In this document: one piece after another, positions 8,601 through 16,381 of the stretch
Numbering within the stretch: the stretch's first letter is position 1
Layout: the number at the start of each line of letters is the position of its first letter
DNA from: a virus
IMG/VR virus record: IMGVR_UViG_3300010376_000001
Location: 1 to 64,000 of that record
Strand: one strand, 5' to 3'
Length of the DNA stretch: 64,000 nt
Made by a program: the position numbers and the translations under genes
Notes under the pieces: model-generated
The model's database searches: none
Told to the model about the DNA's origin: nothing
Seen by the model: the letters and a program-made list of their open reading frames with translations, nothing else

Positions 8601-11600
8601 GCATCTGGATCAGACTCTGGTCCTAGAATTTTGATCTTAGCCAGGCTTCGATAGTTCAGTTCCTTTAGTACATCTTGCACATCCAGGTACTGCCGTTGGG
8701 TAATAGCCTTATCCAGGTAGGCTTGTTGCATCGCTCGTGCTAAACCCTTGCCATCTCTATGATCAATTCCCGTAACTCGAGCGATATGATCCAGGATATC
8801 CTCAGGGTCAGTCTTCTTGGATAACTCTTCACTTGGTAGAACCAATCCGCGCCGGGAAGGATCTGCTACAACCTGTGGTTTATCGGGATCAGCATGCCCT
8901 TGGAAATTTCGTTCACTCTTCCAGTCAGCCAGCCATTTATTTACTGTTGCCTGTGGTACATTAGTCAGGCTGGAGTACCCTTCCATCGTAGCTTTCTTCT
9001 CCAGGAATCGTGCACCAAGCTGCGCTTCCCGCATCAGAGGAGAAAAAGTTCCCTTGGTGGTCATGCCAAGACCATCCTTTAACAGGAAATCACTGCGCAT
9101 GATACGCTGACCCTCAACCATTGTTGCCAGATTTTTTAGAGCCTCGTGCGCGCCGTAACCTTCCTTAAATCCAAGGAACTTACTTAACCAACGGAAGAAC
9201 TTACCGAAGATAGTTTGTCTTTCTCCGGTAGCAGAATCAAAACGAACTTTATTTAGGAGCTGCTGAAAATCATGGTTAGTTAGAGCCTCACTAGCAAACT
9301 CATGTAGATCTAATAAGCCATAGTATTTTCTAAAAGCAGGATCAGCTTCAATAGCATCAACAAAATGTTGTCCTCTATTTCCATAGCCACCAAGGTCGGC
9401 TATCTGTCTTAGCTTATCTGGTACATCTGGGTGCCTGATAGCAGCACGCCTGATCTCTTCCAGCTCTTGCATTGCCCTAAAGTCAGAGGGCTTAAGTAGA
9501 TCAAACCGGCCTGAAAGATAAGCAGAGATTTTGCCACAGGTAATAGAATGTACTACCTCATGCAGCATAGTTCGCTCTAGCTCTCTATCAGTAGCAAATG
9601 GGCTAAGCGTCAGTACATCATTAACAAGAGAGTATGCGCCTCTCCCCGGCTCATCAGGATCTACATGGACTAGAATACCAGGATTCTCTCCCAAGATTTT
9701 TTTAAGCCCTTTAGCCAGTGCCTTATACATTACGTTATCAGTACGCAGATCGATCCTGTCCAGCATGGCCGGCACTCCCTCATGGACGGCATACCTATCG
9801 TAAACTTTTTGAGTTATATCTATTAGGGGCGGTAGTGTAGTAGGAGGATAAAGATCACCTGGAAAGAAGGCATCATTATTAATGCGATCCATTCGATCCT
9901 GATAAGTTTGCTCATTAAGATATCCTCTCTCGTATGCTGTTTGAATTAAATTTGTAGCATACTCTTTTGTTCGAGAGCGCCACTCGTTAATATCTATCTT
10001 GCCGGACTGGTACTCTGCTATGTCTGCTTCAATCTTAGCAGGAAACTTTACTTTTAGCTTTGGTGCTTGAGATGGCGGCGTAAGTGAAGTCTTCTGAGGA
10101 TAAAGATCACTAGGCTTAAATGTATTTTCTTCTATTCGCTTTCTTCGATCCCACCATTCTTGAGGATCAATCAGTCCTTTTTGATGCATGAACTCTATTA
10201 TATCCTTGGCAAAGTCTTTTACTTTTTCTCGCCATTCCCAGATATGAAGTTTACCTGCATGATAATCTTGCTCTGCCCGTATAACATGTTCAGGAAATCC
10301 TCCTGTCATTTGTGATGGGTCTGATAATCGACGTTCACCTTCACGAGGATCCTCTCGCATCACAGCACCTGGCCGATTGTAGGCAACCTCACTAGCCTCT
10401 GGCGCAAACTTGAATGCCTGATCTCCGAACAGAGTCCGGCCCCAGTCATGCACATTATCCCAGAGCGGGTCACCTCGGTCACTTTTAACTGAGCGCAGGT
10501 AATCTCTGAAGTTGGCGCTACTGAATGCCTTCTTAATAAACTCAGTCGGATGTGATGCTGCTTGGATCAGTGGGAACCACTTGCGTTCCTGGTCATTAAT
10601 CTGGTCCCAGTCGATCTCTCCCGTTGAGCTGAGATGATTAAAGATATCGACAAACTTGTTGTCTATCGCATCCCGGATATCGGCCGGTAGCCCACGCTTA
10701 AACTGGTTGGTGAGCGCCGTAGCATGTGCGTTAACTTCATGCTCCTCTCCAGTCTTGGGATTATTCAGGATCTCTTGCGCAACTGAATGCTGCAGCTCAT
10801 TAGCAATTGCCTTGTGCCCATCTGGGTGGCGCAGTGCTGCCTCGGTTACCCAGAGATCGCCGTTATGATAAAAAGCTGCCGGTACCTCATGCTTAAGCTG
10901 CCTAACCTTTACTCCCATCAACTGATCTCGGTGCTGGGTAAGAGTGGTAGCGAATGCGCGCATCTCCGGATCATCTGAAGCACGCAGGTAGCGCGCGAGC
11001 CGGCTGGTGTCACCCTCATCCAGCACATGCGATTCGCCTACGCCGGGGGCCAGGCTGGCCATCTTACCCATGTAGAGCGGCTGACCTGTAGCGCGTGGCT
11101 CATCAGTCAATCCTTCCCGACGTGCCATGTGCTGGAGTGCCGCATTTAAAGTCTGCGGATCAGCACCGAACTTAGCTTTCAGTTTCTGGATAATCTTGTT
11201 GGCATAATCCGGGCCATGCAGAGCGTCATCAAAACGCAGTCCATAAGCTGCCGCGTCACGCGGGTTATCCAGGAAATAATGCCCGAGTTTGCCGGCTAAT
11301 TCCTGAGTCTGCTGGTGCAGTCGGTACGTAGGAGTTGCTGCCGGTGCCGCCTGGTCCATCTTGGCACGCAGATCACTAACCCGTTTCTCCAGGGTATTCA
11401 GTGTATCTTTCCAGAGCGTACCCATGCCGCCTTCCCTGACTCGCAGGGCCATCCGGCGCATGTACCTGAGACTGTCCATGAACCAGTCATGGAGTTTACC
11501 CATTAGCTTTCGATCTTCGTACTGCGTAGTCCGGCCGAAGATATCCAGTTGGGCTAGTTGCCTGGCTAACTCATAGGGTAACTGGGAAGAGACTTCTCTT

Positions 11601-14600
11601 TGCTGGTGCTCATCTAAGGTATCCATCCAGTTTACAAAGTCTCGGAAGCTATGGATATCTTCTGCTCCTGGTAGATCCGCACCCCAGTAGCTTTTGACTG
11701 CACTGGCAAAAGTCTTGTCCAATGCGCGCTCAGTCTGGAAATCTTTACGTTTGGCTGCCGCGTTCTTGGCATCCAGGAACGAGTCAATTAGCTCAGCACC
11801 CTTGTAGTTCTGGTAATCAACAAAGTTTCCGCGCGAGCCAGCACGTGCCCACTCATCCCGATACATACCCAGGTGCGCCCCGTGAATCAGCTCCTCTTCC
11901 AGCATGGATTCAGCCAGGGTGCGTACCTGACCTTCTGTAATTCCTCGGTAGTCTGCTATCCGGCGCCAGTACTGTGGCGAGTGTACATATACCAGACTCC
12001 CATTGGGTAGTGGCACAATTGCATCGGGCGTTTTTCTATCGCGAACCTCTTTGGCAATACCCAGGTGTCTGAAGCCAGGCTCAAACTTGTTCCAGGCTTG
12101 ATTAACGATATTGATTGCCTGCTCAGCTGTGGTAACAGGCTTAGTCTGGTTGGCGTAATTGCGCGAACGTCGCAACTGACTTGCGCTCATTTCGCCCTTG
12201 AGGGGCGGAACGCCACGCAGCGCATCCCGGGCAAGCTGTACTCGGCGCTCATAGCTAGGCTCCTGCTTAACGATACCCTGGACGATATCTTTTAGAGCCT
12301 TGGAAACAGCAGCTTTACTAGCCAGGTCCTCTTTACCTAGCCCAAGATGATTAGCCTGATCAGACCGGCCACGCTTCTTAACCTGGTCCCAGATCGAGTC
12401 AGCAGTCTTCTTTATTAAAGGGTCTGTGGTTCTTTGGAAACGCTCTTCATCGCCCCGAGAGATTGTGGGGAACCGGCTTCGGGCACGCTCTTCTCCTTCG
12501 GGGCTGATGACGATTCGCTCCCCGGTAGCGGTGTCTCGCTGGACTCTTCCGGCCCCTGGGGCGCCTGCACCGGCGGCTCGCTCGTCTCCTCCGCCTGGGG
12601 CGTTTGAAAGAAGTTCAATTTTTGAAGCAAGGGGGCCACCTTGTCCTTCAGACGTTGATTCTGGTAACCCCGCAATTGTGTCACGAGGTCCGCCAGCGGG
12701 AGGCTCCCCGCTAGCCACTTGGCCCTGATCAGTGGTGGTAGTAGTGGTAGGTTGAACAGTACCTGCATCTGCGCCTGTGCCTCCGGGTCCGGCAGGTCCA
12801 CTGCCTCCCGGAACTTCTTCAGTACCTGCGGGTGGAACGGTACCTCCCCCGGCGGCTGTTGCTGTTGCCTCTCCTCCCTCCGCTGCCCCTTTACCGGCTC
12901 GTCCGGATTCACGTTTTTCAAGGAATCTAAGATATTCATTGGTGATCTTATCTAAGAGTTCTTTTCGTCCATTGAACTGGTTTGGTAAAGCGGCTAGCCC
13001 TTCTGGATGTTTAGCCTTACCTGGACCCAGTATCTTATCTACAACATGCCAGAGTGCTTGCTTCTCCCTATTACTACGTAACGTTTTATTCCATTCATCG
13101 GCCACTGCCTGATGATCAACCTGGCCAATCTGTTGCCAGCGTTCAGCTTCAACTGAAAGTGGTTTTATTTGAAAGCCAGCTCTTTCCTCTTCGCTTTCAC
13201 CTCCTTCTTCGCCTTCTCCTTCTTCTTCTGATACTCGACCTCCTCTTTCTTTTTCCTCTCGCTCAATCTCAGACTCCATGAGCTGGGTACCACCACCGGT
13301 ATACTCTTCTTTCTTTTCTTTTTCCCATGGCCCTTGAAACTCTGGGCCGTAGAGTTTTTCTGCTCGTTTTCGATGATCATGGAAATCTCTTTCCAGCTGG
13401 GTAATCATCTGACCAATGCTAGGATCTCCAGTTGGCTTACCAAAATGTTCTCCTTCATCTGGATCTAGTAAGGGAGCCAGGGTATTAACTTGTCTCTGTA
13501 GATCTTCTACGTGTTTTTCTAATGCCTTATTGTCTGGGTCTTGCTTGAATAAATTTTCAGCTTTAATCAGCTTAGCTTTTAATTGCAGATCTACTTCCCT
13601 ACCCGCCTTACGCCACTTAGCAGCATGCGTTCTTATCGCACGTTCATAACGAGCAATAGCTGCCTGAGCAATTCGATCTCCACCCTGTCGTGCTGAAACT
13701 GCTGCAGTCTTTGGAACAGCTGCTTCTAGCATTTCTTTCCCCGCTGGATGCTCTAAATAGTTTTTAGTCTCATCATTATATTCTGTAGTAAGTTCAGCCG
13801 GGCTCCATACCTTTGAAAGCGGTCGCCCTGCTGGTCGCTTCTCTTTAAGTTCTTCCAATGTCTCTTGGAATTTTTCATAAGGGCCAGGCTCGCCTCGCTT
13901 AGCTTTAATTACATAATGATCGCCAACTAGATCAGAATCGAAATTATGATGCTGAAGCCAGTCATCAAGATCCTCGTTCTCTTCTACCGTTTCAGCTTTT
14001 AACTTCAGAGTTTTACCACCAGCCAGCTGATCATGTAGTCCCTGGTGATCATTATCTGAGTACATCTGGAAGAAGTTCTCCGGACTGATTGGCCCACCCA
14101 TCTTAGGCTTGCCAGCTAGAGTTCCTTCTTCCTTGGTTAGTTTATCCAGGTACTGATTAAACTTATCTCGGATCCCTTGTCGTTCAGCTTCTTTGATATA
14201 AGCAAAGGTTGCCTGATTACCTACCCTCTGCAAAGCCAGCTGATGCATCAGCTCATCCGCTGCTCGATCCTGTCCAGGATCACCGCTCTTTTTAATTTCA
14301 GTTTTAAAGTTAGTAGCTAAATCTTTCTTCTCTTCACCGGTAGCATCTCCCAGATAATCCTTAGTCTTCTGCTGGAGCGCACTCCATGGATCAGAAGGTG
14401 GTGGCGTACCAGCGCCCCCTTCAGGTGGAGTACCTGGAGGAGGTGGTGTACCACCTTCACCTGTTGGAGGAGTACCTTCTTTAGTTGGAGGAACACCTTC
14501 TTTAGTTGGAGGTTCACCCTCCTTAGTTGGAGGAATACCTTCTGTAGTTGGAGGAGGCGGTGCCTTGGTTTGATCTGCCGCATCCTGCTTAGCCTGTCGT

Positions 14601-16381
14601 TCTACCTCCCTGGCTTCACGTTCCTCCGGGCTAAGCTTGGCGTACTCAGTTTCAAGTGCAGTCGGTCCTTCCTTGCTTAATGGACCACGGGTAGCAGCGT
14701 GCCGGCGCAAATCGAATATGGTTGGCTCAGCCTGGGTCATGCCGTTAGGCCGATCTGCAGTCTGTTTTACCATGTCAGACAGCCTGTCCATGGTTCCGCT
14801 GGGGTCTTCTGCTACCGTGCTACGCAGATCAACATGCTGATCTCGGGTAATGTGGCCGTTAGCCAGCATCTCATCGATAATCTTCTTTTCGTTATCCTTC
14901 CGATAAGGACGAGATACAGGTACAGTTGTCTCAGTAGCCGCGTCATCAGCTTGCTTGGAAAGCTCAGTAGCTAACTGCGGACTCTTTCCCGCATTAGCTG
15001 TGACCGCCGCAGCACCCAGTGCCTCAGAAGAATCCTGCTGAGCTAGCTTGGCTCGTATTCCATTCCGATATTTTTCCGGTTGCGTCTGAATGAACTCTTC
15101 CTGTACATCCTTGGCATTAGCGTTGGGATCAACTTTGGTCCGTGCCTCTGCCGCACGTCGGGCCGCACCAGCCATGTCGTTTACCTTGGCCTGATCCGCA
15201 CGCCAGCCTTTAAGGAACGAATATGGCCGGGCTACTGCGCCCAGTGCACCGAAACCAAGACCCATCCAAGCGCCCTGCTTTAATGTCTCACCGGTAACGC
15301 CGGTCTTATCTACCCCACTGTACTGATCAGCCAAGGCATCCAGAGCATTTACCCCTGTTCCGATTGCCACCTGGCCAGCAAACTCGCCTGTGCCCTTGAG
15401 CAATACATTCTTGGTAAATTGGTTCCAGACATTCTGCGCCGTATCCAGCTTCATCCCATGCCCAACCAGGCGCCCCACCATCATATTACTGGCAACCATG
15501 AAGGGGACACCAAAGAGCGACATGGATGCGTCATTGGTCGCCATTCGATCCCCATCTTCCTGGGATATAATCTCGCCATGCTTACGCCGATCATCGATCT
15601 TGGCCAGAGCTGCTTCGCGCTTGCCTTGAAACATATCGATACCCTGCGCGGCCATGTCCGCCGTCCAGCCGACAGCGGTACCTAATCCACCAGCAGCTTC
15701 AGCACCGATTAAAGGAGTAGCCGCGCCACCTGTAACAGCTTCAGCACCAACTGCACCGGCAATGAATGGGAGTACACCACCAATAGAGCTGGAAAAAGTA
15801 TGCCAGAATGGATGTTCTTGGGACCAGACTGCATCAGGTGGTGCGTAATTTTCGCTAGTCCATTTCTCCAGCTTACGAAATGGTTTCTCCAGTGTCGTCT
15901 CTGGTGTCTGAGGTATTCCCAGCTTCTGTTCACCCCAGCGGATAGCCGGCCCGACAGTCTGAACTCCTTCACGCAAGACTCGGGCAGTAGTCGTTGCTGC
16001 GGTATTGAGTACATCTCTAAGCGCATTCTCTGGAATACTGTACCGTTCCAGGCTGGCCGTCTTCTCCCGATCCATCTGCTCATCGAGATGTTTCTGGGCT
16101 AGCGACCGTTCCTCATCGCTCTGAGCTAACTGATCAATCTCTTGGCGACGCTGATTGTACCAGTTGGTCAGCATGTTAGTGCGACCCTGGTCATCAGCCT
16201 TCTGGAAAGTATCAGTGGTCTTGATCTGATCCCAGTCCGGGATCACCGTACCCAGGGGCGGCTTATCCTGTTGTTCTGAAGTTGGCGAGGTACCACCAGC
16301 AGCCGCAACAGAAGCGTTAATGATGGATTGATCCAGGGGAGATTTCCCAGGCATCGGTGTTCCTGTGACTGGATCAGCCAT
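5690..16381 (-). CDS. giant (3,563 aa) putative ejected or internal virion polyvalent protein
   Basis: Uninterrupted 10.7-kb ORF, last gene of the late arm, start overlapping the upstream stop by 8 nt. Gly/Ala-rich hydrophobic N-terminal segments, several low-complexity linkers and one HExxH site (MLHEVVHSITCG, nt 9548-9562). Most of the protein is unassignable by eye. Confidence 0.8.
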   Translation of the reverse strand: MADPVTGTPMPGKSPLDQSIINASVAAAGGTSPTSEQQDKPPLGTVIPDWDQIKTTDTFQKADDQGRTNMLTNWYNQRRQEIDQLAQSDEERSLAQKHLDEQMDREKTASLERYSIPENALRDVLNTAATTTARVLREGVQTVGPAIRWGEQKLGIPQTPETTLEKPFRKLEKWTSENYAPPDAVWSQEHPFWHTFSSSIGGVLPFIAGAVGAEAVTGGAATPLIGAEAAGGLGTAVGWTADMAAQGIDMFQGKREAALAKIDDRRKHGEIISQEDGDRMATNDASMSLFGVPFMVASNMMVGRLVGHGMKLDTAQNVWNQFTKNVLLKGTGEFAGQVAIGTGVNALDALADQYSGVDKTGVTGETLKQGAWMGLGFGALGAVARPYSFLKGWRADQAKVNDMAGAARRAAEARTKVDPNANAKDVQEEFIQTQPEKYRNGIRAKLAQQDSSEALGAAAVTANAGKSPQLATELSKQADDAATETTVPVSRPYRKDNEKKIIDEMLANGHITRDQHVDLRSTVAEDPSGTMDRLSDMVKQTADRPNGMTQAEPTIFDLRRHAATRGPLSKEGPTALETEYAKLSPEEREAREVERQAKQDAADQTKAPPPPTTEGIPPTKEGEPPTKEGVPPTKEGTPPTGEGGTPPPPGTPPEGGAGTPPPSDPWSALQQKTKDYLGDATGEEKKDLATNFKTEIKKSGDPGQDRAADELMHQLALQRVGNQATFAYIKEAERQGIRDKFNQYLDKLTKEEGTLAGKPKMGGPISPENFFQMYSDNDHQGLHDQLAGGKTLKLKAETVEENEDLDDWLQHHNFDSDLVGDHYVIKAKRGEPGPYEKFQETLEELKEKRPAGRPLSKVWSPAELTTEYNDETKNYLEHPAGKEMLEAAVPKTAAVSARQGGDRIAQAAIARYERAIRTHAAKWRKAGREVDLQLKAKLIKAENLFKQDPDNKALEKHVEDLQRQVNTLAPLLDPDEGEHFGKPTGDPSIGQMITQLERDFHDHRKRAEKLYGPEFQGPWEKEKKEEYTGGGTQLMESEIEREEKERGGRVSEEEGEGEEGGESEEERAGFQIKPLSVEAERWQQIGQVDHQAVADEWNKTLRSNREKQALWHVVDKILGPGKAKHPEGLAALPNQFNGRKELLDKITNEYLRFLEKRESGRAGKGAAEGGEATATAAGGGTVPPAGTEEVPGGSGPAGPGGTGADAGTVQPTTTTTTDQGQVASGEPPAGGPRDTIAGLPESTSEGQGGPLASKIELLSNAPGGGDERAAGAGAPGAGRVQRDTATGERIVISPEGEERARSRFPTISRGDEERFQRTTDPLIKKTADSIWDQVKKRGRSDQANHLGLGKEDLASKAAVSKALKDIVQGIVKQEPSYERRVQLARDALRGVPPLKGEMSASQLRRSRNYANQTKPVTTAEQAINIVNQAWNKFEPGFRHLGIAKEVRDRKTPDAIVPLPNGSLVYVHSPQYWRRIADYRGITEGQVRTLAESMLEEELIHGAHLGMYRDEWARAGSRGNFVDYQNYKGAELIDSFLDAKNAAAKRKDFQTERALDKTFASAVKSYWGADLPGAEDIHSFRDFVNWMDTLDEHQQREVSSQLPYELARQLAQLDIFGRTTQYEDRKLMGKLHDWFMDSLRYMRRMALRVREGGMGTLWKDTLNTLEKRVSDLRAKMDQAAPAATPTYRLHQQTQELAGKLGHYFLDNPRDAAAYGLRFDDALHGPDYANKIIQKLKAKFGADPQTLNAALQHMARREGLTDEPRATGQPLYMGKMASLAPGVGESHVLDEGDTSRLARYLRASDDPEMRAFATTLTQHRDQLMGVKVRQLKHEVPAAFYHNGDLWVTEAALRHPDGHKAIANELQHSVAQEILNNPKTGEEHEVNAHATALTNQFKRGLPADIRDAIDNKFVDIFNHLSSTGEIDWDQINDQERKWFPLIQAASHPTEFIKKAFSSANFRDYLRSVKSDRGDPLWDNVHDWGRTLFGDQAFKFAPEASEVAYNRPGAVMREDPREGERRLSDPSQMTGGFPEHVIRAEQDYHAGKLHIWEWREKVKDFAKDIIEFMHQKGLIDPQEWWDRRKRIEENTFKPSDLYPQKTSLTPPSQAPKLKVKFPAKIEADIAEYQSGKIDINEWRSRTKEYATNLIQTAYERGYLNEQTYQDRMDRINNDAFFPGDLYPPTTLPPLIDITQKVYDRYAVHEGVPAMLDRIDLRTDNVMYKALAKGLKKILGENPGILVHVDPDEPGRGAYSLVNDVLTLSPFATDRELERTMLHEVVHSITCGKISAYLSGRFDLLKPSDFRAMQELEEIRRAAIRHPDVPDKLRQIADLGGYGNRGQHFVDAIEADPAFRKYYGLLDLHEFASEALTNHDFQQLLNKVRFDSATGERQTIFGKFFRWLSKFLGFKEGYGAHEALKNLATMVEGQRIMRSDFLLKDGLGMTTKGTFSPLMREAQLGARFLEKKATMEGYSSLTNVPQATVNKWLADWKSERNFQGHADPDKPQVVADPSRRGLVLPSEELSKKTDPEDILDHIARVTGIDHRDGKGLARAMQQAYLDKAITQRQYLDVQDVLKELNYRSLAKIKILGPESDPDAPKNRIMRWGRELLQQGNLPKELFKAQLEHLKYEVSALSHYLGFWDRKLNTLIKKHMGVDPLTTPARQDEKLNAVLEGKHLTAPEDMHPDLYNHLMEGRASIDNFSDRLRALGFIKEDSELYKEFFSNRFPRGEAAGGPGQYVARSQRIFHEPRFAQDTDPAKWNHAIPYMRKWWIDVQSKEAGDRAARKYRPGTSDYLEAKRRAELFTAARLNDSITDGMVSQKMSEMLARYRQTAEARDKARTSFGPAFVLNDSLLQEVTKLPDAFRELMGEEKDVGIRLIHTIQRQNQYLQTAQLAQEFLRAGAGKYFGDRQDATRNWTHQIPQLSPVDVLQEDGSVVQKVKPTMMGALAGKWTSREIHDVLRGYDALSQHMTSSIPLISSLENSSRYMTTMLSSRRGIANMWSGLFGMVQNGMLPTDARALRAAKNYVIDMFRGDSREVMRNIEEARRYGVLDKTTDPFTLRDMTQNGYKYMQRGPLDYLEGIENYAAKNKLWARIAPALPGMRTKGTWWKEAAELAQKFHVAGNDVNKMAQWYAKQKFVREANLEDVRLNRKDSMTGEVRTLTEDEIKRKAARIVNDTNISYSLTSPLVKRVRAQPFIGPFLTFRSEMLRSYANQWGYALNYLRSPNRIERFEGVRRAAGLMASAGFAYALAQTAMHWFGVSQREDDNLRKLLPPWEQNDVRIYGPMKDGKRQYMNLNYVMPQGDLARSVIAALTPNKDGIAGRIQAAMGEQFHPMVNFGLMPGALVDISRNQTEYGTQVYNPEDHWLRMYGNHPEGKALDMLNYAWTRWSGGTLGRAGRQLPQMGTTTKGGVVYDPNILLKSETLGQDLHEISIPDRFRSSLYSSRDELGNSVRIFTGPIQRNAMTDNDMRAAYQHMESVRRIIFGNLRDKIAAARDSGMTTTAIKSALKERRYSNEMINDLMTGRYHAYIPSKSILSEARKSGNHMPSGLFSKGAKNYEDEEQ
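14460..14556 (-). repeat. in-frame 18-bp tandem repeat encoding (P-P-T-K/T-E-G)n within the giant ORF
   Basis: Units such as accttctttagttggagg are repeated about five times (PPTTEG IPPTKEG EPPTKEG VPPTKEG TPPTGEG). Boundaries are approximate. Confidence 0.75.

Noticed and set aside
5690-16381. The giant ORF as an N4-type or crAss-type virion RNA polymerase; the size of ~3,500 aa is strikingly similar.
   Set aside because: I could not find a T7-like motif set (DxSxSGxQH-type motif A, RxxxKxxxxxxYG motif B, HD motif C) or a DxDGD-type two-barrel metal site in the translation. The neighbourhood looks like ejection proteins. A profile search is still needed to be certain.
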